A program made the translations under genes and the position numbers. Below, piece after piece: positions 21,312-32,145 of a stretch of DNA of 64,000 nt; the stretch's first letter is position 1, and each line of letters starts with the position of its first letter. This stretch comes from an uncultured Rhodospirillaceae bacterium (GTDB lineage Bacteria; Pseudomonadota; Alphaproteobacteria; Dongiales; Dongiaceae), in assembly GCA_964542425.1 (NCBI GenBank), contig CAZIUB010000044.1, positions 8,443 to 72,442 on the forward strand. Direction: 5' to 3'. The notes under the pieces were generated by a model. That model was not told the DNA's origin. It made no database searches and saw only the letters and a list, made by a program, of their open reading frames with translations.

Positions 21312-21375
21312 GGGCAGGCCTTGCGCATCGCCATCCGGGCCATCGCCCGACCGCGCGCCATCGGACACGGGAATC

Positions 21376-21792
21376 ATGACCCGCAGAAAATCACCGCCGC
21401 CAGGCCAGCGCCCGTTGCGCGTGGGCGAGGAATTGCGCCACGCGCTGGCTTCCATCCTGGCCGAGAATCATCTGGCCGATCCCGATCTCCACGGCAAGGC
21501 GGTCACGGTGACCGAGATCAGGGTCTCTCCGGATCTCACCAATGCCACCATCTTCGTGGTGCCGTTGTTCGGCCGGGGCGAGGCGAAGGAAGCCGAACGC
21601 GTGGTCGCGGCCTTGAACCGCGCCGCTACCTATTTCCGCTTCCGGCTGTCGGAGCGGGTCAAACTGCGCGTCTCGCCGCGCCTGCGGTTCTTCCAGGACG
21701 AGAGCTTCCTGCGCGCCGGAAGGATCGAGGCCCTGCTGCACGATCCGGCGGTGGCGCGCGACCTGAAATCCGGCCGGGACAAAGAACCTTAA
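21376..21792 (+). CDS. rbfA: Ribosome-binding factor A
   Basis: RPLRVGEELR, VSPDL, P.LRF..DESF. Confidence 0.95.
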   Translation: MTRRKSPPPGQRPLRVGEELRHALASILAENHLADPDLHGKAVTVTEIRVSPDLTNATIFVVPLFGRGEAKEAERVVAALNRAATYFRFRLSERVKLRVSPRLRFFQDESFLRAGRIEALLHDPAVARDLKSGRDKEP

Positions 21793-21794
21793 GG

Positions 21795-22721
21795 ATGGCG
21801 CGCAAGGCCAAGGGGCAACGGATCAATGGCTGGCTGATCCTCGACAAGCCCGCCGGCATCACCTCGACCGCCGCATTGGCCGCGGTCAAGCGCCTGTTCG
21901 ATGCCGCCAAGGCCGGCCACGGCGGAACCCTCGATCCCTTGGCCACGGGCATCTTGCCGATCGCACTGGGCGAGGCGACCAAGACCGTCCCCTATGTCAT
22001 GGACGGCCGAAAGATCTACCTATTCACCCTCAAATTCGGCGAGGAGCGCTCGACCGACGATGCCGAGGGCGCGGTGATCGCCACCGCCGACATCCGACCG
22101 AGCGACGATCAGATCCGGGCCGCCCTTCCGCGTTTCATCGGAATCATCGACCAGGTGCCGCCGCGCTTCTCGGCGATCCGCATCGACGGCGAACGGGCCT
22201 ATGATCTGGCGCGGGCCGGCCAGCAAGTAGAATTGCCCGCGCGCAAGGTCAGGATCGATGAGTTCCGGCTCAAGGAGCGGCCAGAGCCGGGTCTGGCGGT
22301 ATTCGAGGTGGTCTGCGGCAAGGGCGCCTATATGCGATCGCTCGCCCGCGATCTGGCAAGGGAATTGGGCACCCGAGGCCATGTCGTTGCGTTGCGACGC
22401 CTGTCGGTGGGCCCGTTCGGGCTGGATCGGGCGATTTCACTGGCATCTTTGCAGGCGCTCGGGCATAGTCCCGCCGCTTTCGAGCACCTGTTAACGGTCG
22501 AGACCGCGCTGGACGACATCCCGGCACTGGCCTTGACCGCCACCGAGGCGCAGCGCCTTCGGTCCGGGCAGCCGATCGGATTGCTCCATCGGCAGGACCG
22601 CGACCGCATCTACGAGCTTTCCCCTGGCGGCATGGTTCGCGCCGTGGCCGAGGGCAAGCTCGTGGCCTTGACTCGTTTCGAGGCTGGCGAATTGATCCCG
22701 GTCAGGGTGATGAACCTTTAG
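21795..22721 (+). CDS. truB: tRNA pseudouridine(55) synthase
   Basis: [18 protein letters not shown]. Confidence 0.97.
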   Translation: MARKAKGQRINGWLILDKPAGITSTAALAAVKRLFDAAKAGHGGTLDPLATGILPIALGEATKTVPYVMDGRKIYLFTLKFGEERSTDDAEGAVIATADIRPSDDQIRAALPRFIGIIDQVPPRFSAIRIDGERAYDLARAGQQVELPARKVRIDEFRLKERPEPGLAVFEVVCGKGAYMRSLARDLARELGTRGHVVALRRLSVGPFGLDRAISLASLQALGHSPAAFEHLLTVETALDDIPALALTATEAQRLRSGQPIGLLHRQDRDRIYELSPGGMVRAVAEGKLVALTRFEAGELIPVRVMNL

Positions 22722-22740
22722 CGACATGAGGAGTCATCCG

Positions 22741-23010
22741 ATGTCGATTACCGCCGATCGCAAGCAAGAGATCGTCAAGGAATTCGGCAAGGGCGGCGTG
22801 GATACCGGTTCTCCGGAAGTCCAGGTCGCGTTGCTTTCCGAGCGCATCAAGAACCTTTCGGAACATCTGCAGACGCACGAGAAGGATTTCCACTCGCGCC
22901 GTGGCCTCTTGGTCATGGTCGGGCAACGCCGGCGCCTGCTCGATTACCTGAAGCACACGAATTCCGGGCGCTACCAGGACATCGTCAGCCGCCTGGGCCT
23001 GCGTCGTTAG
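22741..23010 (+). CDS. rpsO: 30S ribosomal protein S15
   Basis: [19 protein letters not shown]. Confidence 0.98.
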   Translation: MSITADRKQEIVKEFGKGGVDTGSPEVQVALLSERIKNLSEHLQTHEKDFHSRRGLLVMVGQRRRLLDYLKHTNSGRYQDIVSRLGLRR

Positions 23011-23251
23011 TGGACGTTTTGCCGGCGCCGCTCGAGACGAGTGGGGCCGGCTTCTGGTTTCATCCGATTCCGCGCCGATCCGGCCGGGGCGCTGAATCGA
23101 CGAATACGGAGGCCGGGCCGACGCAAACAACGCGAGCCCACCCGGGCCAGGCGTTGCTTGCGCGGGTCCGGCGCCACCGGTCACTCAAGGCCGCGTCTAC
23201 CCCGAAACATCTCGGCGCGGCGCGGCCCCTACTGGAAGCAAAGGACCAGAC

Positions 23252-25390
23252 ATGTTCAAGATCTACCGCAAGGAACTCAATTGGGGCGGGCGCAAGCTGG
23301 TGCTCGAAACCGGGCGCATCGCGCGCCAGGCCGATGGGGCGGTGCTCGCCACCTACGGCGACACCGTCGTTCTCTGTACCGCGGTCGGCGAACGCTCGCC
23401 CAAGCCCGGGCTCGATTTTTTCCCCCTGACCGTGAATTACCAGGAAAAGACCTTCGCGGCCGGCAAGATACCGGGTGGCTTCTTCAAGCGCGAGGGCCGA
23501 CCTTCCGAGAAAGAGGTGCTGACTTCGCGCCTCATCGACCGGCCGATCCGGCCGCTGTTCCACCCGGCCTATCGCAACGAAACCCAAATCATCTGCACCA
23601 CGCTTTCCCATGATCTGGAGAACGATCCCGACATCATTGCGTTGATCGGCGCCTCGGCGGCGCTGACCATCTCGGGCATTCCCTTCATGGGTCCGATCGC
23701 GGCTGCGCGCGTGGGCTACGTCGATGGCCAATACGTGCTCAATCCCAAGACCGAACAATTGACCGCCTCGGAGCTCGATCTGGTCGTGGCCGGCACCGCC
23801 GAGGGCGTGCTGATGGTCGAATCCGAGGCCAAGGAATTGTCCGAGGAAGTGATGCTGGGTGCGGTCAATTTCGGCTTCGCTGAGTTCCAGGCGGTGATCG
23901 GCGCCATTATCGAGCTCGCCGAAATGTGCGCCAAGGACCCCTGGCCGCTGCCGGAGATTTCGCCGGTCCAGGAAGAAGTGTGGGGCGCGCTCAAGGATGG
24001 GTTCTCGCGCGATCTCGCGGTGGCCTATTCCGAGACCGCCAAACAAGCGCGGACCGATAGAGTGGCCGAGGTCAAGGCGCGGGCCAAGGAGGCGCTCGGC
24101 AGCGACGAGGCGCGCGCGGCCCTGGTCGGCAAGCTGTTCAAGGATCTGGAACGCGACATCGTGCGCGGCCAGATCTTGAGCACCGGCACCCGCATCGATG
24201 GCCGCGACACCAAGACCGTGCGCCCGATCGCCAGCGAAGTGGGCGTCTTGCCGCGGGCACATGGCTCGGCCCTGTTCACCCGGGGCGAAACCCAAGGACT
24301 GGTGGTGGCCACCCTCGGCACCGGACAGGACGAGCAGATCATCGACGCGTTGGAGGGCGAGTATCGCGAAGCCTTCATGCTGCACTACAACTTCCCGCCC
24401 TATTCGACCGGCGAAACCGGGCGCATGGGTTCGCCCGGAAGGCGCGAAATCGGCCATGGCAAGCTCGCCTGGCGGGCGCTGCGCCCGTTGTTGCCGAAGA
24501 AAGAGGATTTCCCCTACACGATCCGCGTGGTCTCGGAGATCACCGAATCCAACGGCTCCTCTTCGATGGCCACGGTCTGCGGCTCGTCCTTGGCCATGAT
24601 GGATGCCGGCGTGCCGCTACCGCGCCCGGTCGCCGGCATCGCCATGGGCCTGATCAAGGAACCGAACGGCCACGCGGTCTTGAGCGACATCCTGGGCGAC
24701 GAGGATCATCTGGGCGACATGGATTTCAAGGTTGCCGGAACCGCTTCCGGCATCACCGCCCTGCAGATGGACATCAAGATCACCTCGATCACCGCCGCCA
24801 TCATGCAGGTGGCACTTGCCCAAGCCCGCGACGGACGCCTCCACATCCTGGGCGAGATGGCCAAGGCGATCGACAGCGCTCGGGACGCCGTCAACCAGAA
24901 CGCGCCGCGCATCACCGTCATCAGCATCCCGAAGGACAAGATCCGCGAGGTGATCGGCAGCGGCGGCAAGGTGATCCGCGAGATTTGCGAGGTCACGGGC
25001 GCCAAGATCGACATCGAGGACGACGGCACAATCAAGGTGGCCGCGGTCGATGCCAACGCCGCCAAGGCGGCGATCGATTGGATCCGCAATATCGTGGCCG
25101 AGCCGGAAATCGGCGTGATCTATGAAGGCAAGGTGGTCAAGCTGATGGATTTCGGCGCCTTCGTGAATTTTCTGGGGGCTCGCGACGGCTTGGTGCACAT
25201 CTCCGAGCTTGCCCCCCACCGGGTGAAGACGGTGGGCGACGTGGTGCAAATCGGCCAGGTGGTGAAGGTCAAGGTCATCGGCATGGACGATCGCGGCAAG
25301 GTCAAGCTGTCGATGAAGGCGGTCGATCAGCAGACCGGCGAGGATCTGTCGCAAAAGGCCCAAGCAATCCAGGCCGAGCACGGCGGTTGA
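23252..25390 (+). CDS. pnp: Polynucleotide phosphorylase
   Basis: [27 protein letters not shown] and S1 domains. Confidence 0.98.
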   Translation: MFKIYRKELNWGGRKLVLETGRIARQADGAVLATYGDTVVLCTAVGERSPKPGLDFFPLTVNYQEKTFAAGKIPGGFFKREGRPSEKEVLTSRLIDRPIRPLFHPAYRNETQIICTTLSHDLENDPDIIALIGASAALTISGIPFMGPIAAARVGYVDGQYVLNPKTEQLTASELDLVVAGTAEGVLMVESEAKELSEEVMLGAVNFGFAEFQAVIGAIIELAEMCAKDPWPLPEISPVQEEVWGALKDGFSRDLAVAYSETAKQARTDRVAEVKARAKEALGSDEARAALVGKLFKDLERDIVRGQILSTGTRIDGRDTKTVRPIASEVGVLPRAHGSALFTRGETQGLVVATLGTGQDEQIIDALEGEYREAFMLHYNFPPYSTGETGRMGSPGRREIGHGKLAWRALRPLLPKKEDFPYTIRVVSEITESNGSSSMATVCGSSLAMMDAGVPLPRPVAGIAMGLIKEPNGHAVLSDILGDEDHLGDMDFKVAGTASGITALQMDIKITSITAAIMQVALAQARDGRLHILGEMAKAIDSARDAVNQNAPRITVISIPKDKIREVIGSGGKVIREICEVTGAKIDIEDDGTIKVAAVDANAAKAAIDWIRNIVAEPEIGVIYEGKVVKLMDFGAFVNFLGARDGLVHISELAPHRVKTVGDVVQIGQVVKVKVIGMDDRGKVKLSMKAVDQQTGEDLSQKAQAIQAEHGG

Positions 25391-25409
25391 CGGGAGCGCT
25401 CGCCGCTCG

Positions 25410-26156
25410 ATGGGCTCGTTCCCGCGACCGCCTCGGATCATCGGCCATCGGGGTGCCGCGGGATCGGCGCCCGAAAACACCTTGGCCTCGATCAGGGAGG
25501 CGGCGCGCCAGGGCGCGCGCTGGGTGGAATTCGACGCCAAGCTGACGGCGGACGACGCAATCGTCTTGCTGCATGACGACGAGCTTGGCCGCACCACGAG
25601 CGGAACTGGCCCGGCGGCGAAGCAATCGCTGGCGCAAATCCGCGAACTGGATGCCGGTTCCTGGTTCGCGGAGAAATTCCGCGATGCGCGCGTGCCGACC
25701 CTGAAAGAGGCTACCGCCGCGCTTGTCGATCTCGACCTCGGCTGCAATGTCGAGATCAAGCCTTGTCCCGGCCGTGAAGTCGAGACCGGCGAGATCGTCA
25801 TGCGCGAGCTCGCGGGGCTGTGGGCGAAGCATGGCGACTTGCCGCTGGTTTCCAGTTTTTCGCGAGACTGCCTGGTGGCGGCGCGGCGCCTGGCCCCGAA
25901 CTGGCCGATGGGCGTCCTCTTCAATGATCAACCGGCCGATTGGCTGGACTGGGCCGCAAGGATCGGCTCCATGTCCGTTCATTGCTCGCACAAGACCCTA
26001 ACTTCATCATGGGCAATGGCCATAAAATCCAGTGGTTTCCTGCTTTTGGTCTACACTGTCAACGAGGTCGATCTGGCGCATCGATTGTTCGATTGGGGCG
26101 TGGATTCGATTTTCACCGATATGCCCGGGCGCCTGCTGGAAGCCGGGCTCGGCTGA
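25410..26156 (+). CDS. Glycerophosphodiester phosphodiesterase (UgpQ-like)
   Basis: IGHRG, PENT, VEFD, HD, YTVN. Confidence 0.9.
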   Translation: MGSFPRPPRIIGHRGAAGSAPENTLASIREAARQGARWVEFDAKLTADDAIVLLHDDELGRTTSGTGPAAKQSLAQIRELDAGSWFAEKFRDARVPTLKEATAALVDLDLGCNVEIKPCPGREVETGEIVMRELAGLWAKHGDLPLVSSFSRDCLVAARRLAPNWPMGVLFNDQPADWLDWAARIGSMSVHCSHKTLTSSWAMAIKSSGFLLLVYTVNEVDLAHRLFDWGVDSIFTDMPGRLLEAGLG

Positions 26157-26207
26157 TTCTATAATCGAGGTCGCCGACAAGCGCGGCGGCAAGACGGGAG
26201 AACATTC

Positions 26208-27608
26208 GTGAAGGCGCTAAACGCGTTGCTGATCTCTGGCCGCGAGGTCTTGCCTCTCATCGAGGGTGGCAAGGGCATCTCGATTTCGAACGGCGAATCC
26301 TCGGGCGCCTGGGCGGCGGCTGGGGCCGTCGGCACGTTCTCGGGCGTGAACGCCGATTCCTTCGACGAGAGCGGAAGAGCGATCCCACAAATCTATCACG
26401 GCAGGACCCGGCGCGAGCGGCACGAGGAATTGCTGGCCTACGCGATCAAGGGCGGCATCACCCAGGCCCGCATCGCCCACGACATGTCGGGGGGCAGCGG
26501 CCGATTGCACATGAACGTTCTATGGGAGATGGCGGGCGCCGAGCGTGTGCTGCACGGCGTGCTCGAAGGCGCCAAGGGGTTGATCCATGGCGTCACTTGC
26601 GGCGCCGGCATGCCTTATCGCATCGCCGAGATCTGCGCCGGATACGGTATCCACTATTATCCGATCATTTCCTCGGCACGTGCCTTCCGCGCGCTGTGGA
26701 AGCGCGCCTACCACAAATTTCGGGATTTCCTGGGCGCGGTCGTCTACGAGGATCCGTGGCTGGCCGGCGGCCACAACGGCCTATCCAACGTCGAGGATCC
26801 GGCCAAACCCGGCGATCCCCTGCCCAGGGTCCGAGATCTGCGCCAAGTGATGCGCGACGAATGCGCGCTGGGCGAGGTTCCGATCGTTATGGCGGGCGGC
26901 GTATGGTGGCTGGACGAATGGCAGGACTGGGTCGACAACAAGGAATTGGGGCCGATCGCCTTCCAGTTCGGCACCAGACCGCTCCTGACCGAGGAAAGCC
27001 CGATCTCGGCCAGTTGGAAGAAGCGCTTGCTGTCGCTGAAGGAGGGCGATGTGTTCCTGAACCGGTTCAGTCCGACCGGTTTCTATTCCTCCGCCGTCAA
27101 TAACGCGTTCCTCCGGGAATTGAGCGAGCGCAACCACCATCAAGTGGCCTTCAGCCACGATAAGGTCGGCGAGCATGACTCGCCCTTCGCGGTGGGCGCC
27201 CGCAATCGAATGGTCTATCTGACCGCCGCCGATAAGCTCCGAGCGGAGGGATGGGTGCGCCAGGGATTCACCGAGACGTTGCGGACCCCGGATTCGACGC
27301 TCATCTTCGTGACCCCGGCCAAGGCCAAGGAAATTCTCACCGACCAGATCGAATGCATGGGGTGCCTTTCGGCTTGCCTATTCTCCAACTGGGCGCAGAA
27401 CGAGCACGGCACCACCGGCAAGAAGGCCGACCCGCGATCCTTCTGCATCCAGAAGACGCTGCAGAACATCAGCCACTCCGAGCGAACCGAGGACGAGCTC
27501 ATGTTCGCCGGCCACAACGCCTACCGCTTCGCGCTCGATCCCTTCTACAATAACGGTTTCATCCCCAGCGTCCGCCAGTTGATCGATCGGCTTCTGACCG
27601 GACGATAG
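26208..27608 (+). CDS. Nitronate monooxygenase/FabK-FabX family FMN enzyme with Cys cluster
   Basis: PLIEGGKG, CGAGMP, AGGHNG, CMGCLSAC...FCI. Confidence 0.82.
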   Translation: MKALNALLISGREVLPLIEGGKGISISNGESSGAWAAAGAVGTFSGVNADSFDESGRAIPQIYHGRTRRERHEELLAYAIKGGITQARIAHDMSGGSGRLHMNVLWEMAGAERVLHGVLEGAKGLIHGVTCGAGMPYRIAEICAGYGIHYYPIISSARAFRALWKRAYHKFRDFLGAVVYEDPWLAGGHNGLSNVEDPAKPGDPLPRVRDLRQVMRDECALGEVPIVMAGGVWWLDEWQDWVDNKELGPIAFQFGTRPLLTEESPISASWKKRLLSLKEGDVFLNRFSPTGFYSSAVNNAFLRELSERNHHQVAFSHDKVGEHDSPFAVGARNRMVYLTAADKLRAEGWVRQGFTETLRTPDSTLIFVTPAKAKEILTDQIECMGCLSACLFSNWAQNEHGTTGKKADPRSFCIQKTLQNISHSERTEDELMFAGHNAYRFALDPFYNNGFIPSVRQLIDRLLTGR

Positions 27609-27630
27609 CGCTCAATTTCCGGGGCGTGCA

Positions 27631-28044
27631 TTACGACGGGAGATCCGGCGCGATCAGATCGATGGTCGGGAAATAGGTCCGGAATCTGGCTGGATCGCGC
27701 GTCAGCAGGCGATGCCCGCGCAAGGCCGCATGGGCGCCGATGAAAAAGTCGGGCAGCGGTGACCGGCGCGTTCCGCCTCCACGCCGATAGGCGAGATAAA
27801 CTTTCCCCGCCAGAAAGGCCGCCGGAAACGGCATCGCCTCTCGCTCGAAAAGGGATGGCGGCAAGGCCTCCTCCAATTCCTCGATCCGGGAAAAACGGAC
27901 GGAGACCTCGGCATAGATGACGGCGTTGATGACGAGCTTTTCGCGATCCGCCACGTGGCGGATCGCCGAAATCGACCAGGCACCCCATCGCGGATCCTCC
28001 GTCATGACATCGAGAAGCACATTGCTGTCGACTAGACAGCCCAT
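27631..28044 (-). CDS. VapC-family PIN toxin
   Basis: LVDSNVLLD, LPDFFIGAHA, LLTRD. Confidence 0.92.
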   Translation of the reverse strand: MGCLVDSNVLLDVMTEDPRWGAWSISAIRHVADREKLVINAVIYAEVSVRFSRIEELEEALPPSLFEREAMPFPAAFLAGKVYLAYRRGGGTRRSPLPDFFIGAHAALRGHRLLTRDPARFRTYFPTIDLIAPDLPS

Positions 28045-28277
28045 CAGTCTTTCCGCGTCAGCGCCATGATGGCGTCGGTCGTCATGGCGACGTCGCCGCG
28101 GGACTTGAGCGCCGCGATCACTCGCTCGCCCCGGCCCCAGCGCTCCGAAACCGGCTTGCGCCGGATGCGCACACTGTTTCCGTCAAACTTGAACTCCACT
28201 TCCGTATGCGGCAGCAGGCCCGCCCGCTCCCTGATCTCGGCTGGAATGGTGACCTGACCCTTGGAGGTGATGCGCAT
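28044..28277 (-). CDS. AbrB/MazE-type antitoxin
   Basis: MRITSKGQVTIP; overlaps the toxin start. Confidence 0.92.
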   Translation of the reverse strand: MRITSKGQVTIPAEIRERAGLLPHTEVEFKFDGNSVRIRRKPVSERWGRGERVIAALKSRGDVAMTTDAIMALTRKD

Positions 28278-28288
28278 GCGATGTCCTC

Positions 28289-28310
28289 TTACTCTTACAT
28301 GTAAGAGTAA
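28289..28310. promoter_or_regulatory. Perfect 22-bp palindrome, probable TA operator
   Basis: TTACTCTTACATGTAAGAGTAA directly upstream of the antitoxin start. Confidence 0.75.
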
Positions 28311-28359
28311 TACCTAAATGGTGACGATTCAAGCCGGCAAGAAGAAATCCCGGGCCTAC

Positions 28360-28376
28360 ATCCGAATAATTCTAAA
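28360..28376. promoter_or_regulatory. ICE-box-like Irr site upstream of irr
   Basis: ATCCGAATAATTCTAAA, 14/17 to TTTRGAAYnRTTCYAAA. Confidence 0.5.
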
Positions 28377-28418
28377 TTACCCCTTCAAACGCCTTAGAAG
28401 TGCGCTAATATCCCGCTC

Positions 28419-28838
28419 ATGTCCGAGCCCAGACCCTATGCTCCGATCGTCCACAAGCTGCGCGCCGCGCATTTGCGCCCGACGCGCCAGCGCCTGTCGC
28501 TCGCGCGGTTGCTGTTCGATTCGGGCGATCGGCACGTGACCGCCGAACAGCTTCACGAGGAGGCGGTGGTGGCCAAGGTCTCGGTCTCGCTGGCCACGAT
28601 CTACAACACCCTCCATCAATTCACCGCCGCCGGCTTGTTGCGCGAAGTCGTTATCGAGCCGGGCCGATCCTATTTCGACACCAATGTGACCGATCATCAC
28701 CATTTCTATGTCGAGGGCGAAGGCCGGTTGATGGATATTCCAGGCGATCAGGTCGCCTTGGCCCGAATCCCGGCGCCACCCGAAGGCGCCATCATTCATC
28801 GCGTCGATGTCATTGTCCGGTTGCGGAGTCAGTCCTAG
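28419..28838 (+). CDS. irr: Iron response regulator Irr (Fur family)
   Basis: LRPTRQR, HVTAEQL, SLATIYNTLHQF, HHHF. Confidence 0.9.
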   Translation: MSEPRPYAPIVHKLRAAHLRPTRQRLSLARLLFDSGDRHVTAEQLHEEAVVAKVSVSLATIYNTLHQFTAAGLLREVVIEPGRSYFDTNVTDHHHFYVEGEGRLMDIPGDQVALARIPAPPEGAIIHRVDVIVRLRSQS

Positions 28839-28867
28839 CGTCATTATTTCAATTGGTTGAAGTATTT

Positions 28868-28884
28868 ACTGGACTAGTTCTAAT
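28868..28884. promoter_or_regulatory. ICE-box-like Irr site upstream of rubrerythrin
   Basis: ACTGGACTAGTTCTAAT, 13/17 to the ICE consensus, next to TTGACG. Confidence 0.5.
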
Positions 28885-28997
28885 TTTCTTGACGAGCCAT
28901 CGTAGACCCCCTATATTGCGGATTGACGGCGATCAAAACCGCCGTGGTCGCTGGGCCTTTTCCTATGGCCGGAAAAACGCAACGAGGGAGATGTGAC

Positions 28998-29417
28998 ATG
29001 GCAAATCTCAAGGGGTCGAAGACCGAAGAGAATCTGAAGGCGGCATTTGCCGGCGAAAGCCAGGCCAACCGGCGCTATCTCTATTTCGCGCAGAAGGCCG
29101 ACGTCGAGGGCTACAACGACGTGTCGGCGGTGTTCCGCTCGACCGCCGAGGGCGAAACCGGCCACGCGCATGGCCATCTTGAATTCCTGGAAACCTGTGG
29201 CGATCCGGCGACCGGTTTGCCGATCGGGGCAACTTCGGCCAATCTCAAGGCGGCGATCGCCGGTGAGACCCACGAATACACCGACATGTATCCCGGCATG
29301 GCGCGGACCGCGCGCCAGGAAGGCCTCGAGGAAATCGCCGATTGGTTCGAAACCCTGGCCAAGGCGGAAAAGTCGCATGCCGGCCGGTTCCTGAAGGCCC
29401 TCGACACGCTGGGCTGA
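28998..29417 (+). CDS. rbr: Rubrerythrin (aerobic type, no rubredoxin domain)
   Basis: [23 protein letters not shown]. Confidence 0.93.
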   Translation: MANLKGSKTEENLKAAFAGESQANRRYLYFAQKADVEGYNDVSAVFRSTAEGETGHAHGHLEFLETCGDPATGLPIGATSANLKAAIAGETHEYTDMYPGMARTARQEGLEEIADWFETLAKAEKSHAGRFLKALDTLG

Positions 29418-29497
29418 TTGGTCATGCTCGAACGGCCGCGCGTCGATCAGGGACGCGCGGCCGGCGATCATTGAATTCCAGATGGATTGGACGCGAC

Positions 29498-30829
29498 ATG
29501 CGTGAGGGCAGCCTGGGCGCGCCGGTGCGCCATCCCCTGGATTGGCGCAATCCCGATTTCACCGACATGGCGAAGATCGAGGCCGAGATGCATCGGGTCT
29601 TCGACATCTGCCATAGCTGTCGGCGCTGCTTCAACCTGTGCGAATCCTTCCCCCGGCTCTTCGATCTGGTGGACAAGTCGCCGAGCGGCGAATTGGATGG
29701 CGTCGATCCCAAGGACTACAGCCGAGTAGTCGATGCCTGCACGCTCTGCGACCTCTGCTTCATGACCAAATGCCCTTACGTGCCGCCCCACGAATGGGCC
29801 GTGGATTTCCCGCATCTGATGTTGCGCCACCGGGCGGGGGAATTGAAGGCCGGGCGCGATGACAAGATCCATGCGCAACTGACCGAAACCGACCGCAACG
29901 GCAAGGCCGCCTCCTTCGCCGCGCCGATCGTCAATTGGGCGAGCGGCAATTCCCTCGCGCGGGGTGCCTTGGAAGTGGCCGCCGGGATCGATGCTGAAGC
30001 CAAGCTCCCGCGCTTCAATGGGGCGACCTTGGTCATGCGCGCCATGGAAAACCCGCCGAAGGTGAATGAGGGCGCTCCCGCGTTCGGGCGCAAGGCGGTG
30101 CTCTATGCCACCTGCTTCTGCAATTACAACAATCCCGAGATCGGCATGGCGGCCCTGGCCGTGCTAGCCCATAACGGGGTCGCGACCGAGATTCTCTATC
30201 CGCGCTGCTGCGGTATGCCGCAACTGGAACGCGGCGACATCGCCCGCGTCGCCGGGCATGCGCGCGACGTCGCGGCGGTGCTGCTGGCCTATGTCGATCA
30301 AGGTCACGACATCATCGCGCCGGTCCCCTCTTGCGCGCTGATGATGAAGTTCGAATGGCCGCTGATCCTGCCGGAGGATTCAGAAATAAAACGCTTGGCC
30401 GAGGCGACCTTCGATATCTCCGAATACGTGGTCGACATCGCCGGCCACGAGGGCCTGACCCCGGGCTTGCGGGAATTGGAGGGCGGAGTGACGCTGCACA
30501 TCGCCTGCCATGCGCGGGCGCAGAACATGGGCCAGAAGGCAGCCGAGATGTTGCGCCTCGTTCCGGGCGCCGATCTTCGGGTGATCGAGCGTTGCTCGGG
30601 CCATGGCGGCGCCTGGGGGGTGATGAAGGGAAATTTCGACCTCGCGTTGAAAGTGGGCCGGCCGGTCGCGCGCCAGGCCGTCGAGGCGGCCAAGCGCCAC
30701 GTGGCCTCGGAATGTCCGTTGGCGGGCGAGCATATCCTCCAGGGCATGGAACGCCTGGGCGATGGCGTTCACCCAAGCGAGGCGCCCCATCCGATCCAGT
30801 TGCTGGCGCGCGCCTATGGGTTCCAATGA
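29498..30829 (+). CDS. Rubrerythrin-associated Fe-S oxidoreductase (GlpC-like)
   Basis: CHSCRRCFNLC, CTLCDLC, CCG domains. Confidence 0.88.
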   Translation: MREGSLGAPVRHPLDWRNPDFTDMAKIEAEMHRVFDICHSCRRCFNLCESFPRLFDLVDKSPSGELDGVDPKDYSRVVDACTLCDLCFMTKCPYVPPHEWAVDFPHLMLRHRAGELKAGRDDKIHAQLTETDRNGKAASFAAPIVNWASGNSLARGALEVAAGIDAEAKLPRFNGATLVMRAMENPPKVNEGAPAFGRKAVLYATCFCNYNNPEIGMAALAVLAHNGVATEILYPRCCGMPQLERGDIARVAGHARDVAAVLLAYVDQGHDIIAPVPSCALMMKFEWPLILPEDSEIKRLAEATFDISEYVVDIAGHEGLTPGLRELEGGVTLHIACHARAQNMGQKAAEMLRLVPGADLRVIERCSGHGGAWGVMKGNFDLALKVGRPVARQAVEAAKRHVASECPLAGEHILQGMERLGDGVHPSEAPHPIQLLARAYGFQ

Positions 30830-30852
30830 AGGAAGGAGCCACGACAATCCCC

Positions 30853-31458
30853 ATGGCCGATACCGCGACACCTGCTGGGAAGCGCATCACGCCGGCCGAT
30901 ATTCTGCCGGGGGCGGAATATGCCGCGAGGCGCGTGCAATTGCGCCGGGAGATCGTCGATCTGAAGCGCCGCCGACGCCTGGAAGTGGGTCCCTCGGCAA
31001 CCCTGTATTTCGAATGCCATGCCACCATGCTCCAGCAGGTGCAGGAGATGCTGCACATCGAGAAGGGAGGGGCGGAGCAATTGCCCGCTGAACTCGCCGC
31101 CTACAACCCGCTCATCCCGCAGGGATGCGAATTGGTGGCAACCGTGATGTTCGAGATCGACGATCCGATCCGGCGCGAGCGATTCCTCGCGCGAATCGGC
31201 GGGGTCGAGCACACCCTATTCATCCAAATGGGCGATGAGAAAATCATGGGCCAGGCCGAGGAAGACCAGAATCGCACCAATGAATCCGGCAAGGCATCCG
31301 CGGTGCAATTCGTTCGCTTCGCCTTCACGCCGCGAGAGATCGCGATTTTCCGCGCCGGAAATGTCCCCGCGATCGTCGGCCTGTCGCACGAGAATTACGC
31401 GCACATGGCGGTGATGCCGGAAGCGGTTCGCGAGGAATTGGCCGGCGATTTCGACTGA
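30853..31458 (+). CDS. DUF3501 protein
   Basis: QVQEMLHIE, AYNPLIP, KASAVQF; third gene of the Rbr-RFO-DUF3501 cluster. Confidence 0.85.
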   Translation: MADTATPAGKRITPADILPGAEYAARRVQLRREIVDLKRRRRLEVGPSATLYFECHATMLQQVQEMLHIEKGGAEQLPAELAAYNPLIPQGCELVATVMFEIDDPIRRERFLARIGGVEHTLFIQMGDEKIMGQAEEDQNRTNESGKASAVQFVRFAFTPREIAIFRAGNVPAIVGLSHENYAHMAVMPEAVREELAGDFD

Positions 31459-31485
31459 AATCGGCCAAGCGCGGGATCGCTCGCT

Positions 31486-32145
31486 TCAATCGTCCTCGAC
31501 GATCTCGCCGTCACGCACGCCCCATAGGGCGTCGCGGGTGATCCAGCCGGAAAAATCCTGGATCTCTATCCGGCACCAGGGACCGATGCCACATTCGCGT
31601 AAGCCAGCGATCACTCCGGCTTCGAGATTGGCGATGGGTCTTGAATCCGGTTCGGGCCTGGCGCGGATTTCCCTCGTCTCGCCCACGATCTGGGCCATGC
31701 GCCGGCCCGATAGCAGATTCCGTTGCACCCAGCCGAGCGTTCCGTCGCGATCGCGGATGCGCCGCCAATTCTCGAATTCCTGGACGATCTCGACCGGCAA
31801 TCCCTTGCGCCGATAGACCCACAGGATCGGGTAATCCGTGCCCGGGCCGGCACGCAAATTGATTTCGCCGCTGTCCAGCGAGGCAAAGCGCGGCAAGGGC
31901 GCCTTGTTCTCCTCAGCCAGGCCCAAATGGGGCGAGAGAGCAATCGCGAGCACCAGGGCCAACTTTCGAAAAAACCTGATACACGACACATTCCGAGGCT
32001 GCCACGAAAGTTGGCACAGGTTGCCAAGTAGATAGTACCCGCCGACGTGTGCTGGCTGGATCATTGGGCTCGAATCAGCCAATCCCGCGACGGCGGGTCC
32101 TAGCAAGACCAGCCGCGATGTGCGCGCGGCGAATTCGAAACCCAT
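31486..32145 (-). CDS. Secreted bacterial SH3-domain protein with a 49-aa in-frame repeat insertion in its signal peptide
   Basis: LPRFASL, NLRAGPG..YPI.W, WRRIRD.DG..GWV; residues 16-64 are encoded by repeat A3. Confidence 0.85.
   Translation of the reverse strand: MGFEFAARTSRLVLLGPAVAGLADSSPMIQPAHVGGYYLLGNLCQLSWQPRNVSCIRFFRKLALVLAIALSPHLGLAEENKAPLPRFASLDSGEINLRAGPGTDYPILWVYRRKGLPVEIVQEFENWRRIRDRDGTLGWVQRNLLSGRRMAQIVGETREIRARPEPDSRPIANLEAGVIAGLRECGIGPWCRIEIQDFSGWITRDALWGVRDGEIVEDD
31953..32103 (+). repeat. Repeat family A, copy A3 (intragenic)
   Basis: CCAGGGCCAACTTTCG...CGAAAGTTGGC...GTACCCGCC...GGCGGGTCCTAG, 151 bp. Confidence 0.92.

Noticed and set aside
23011..23251. Novel ncRNA or ORF between rpsO and pnp
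   Set aside because: A structured spacer is expected for the rpsO terminator and pnp leader; no similarity to families A-D and no distinct motif.
31953..32103. Self-splicing intron or intein as the explanation for the in-frame inserts
   Set aside because: Too short, no group I/II or intein motifs, and copies occur in both orientations; MITE-like insertion is simpler.
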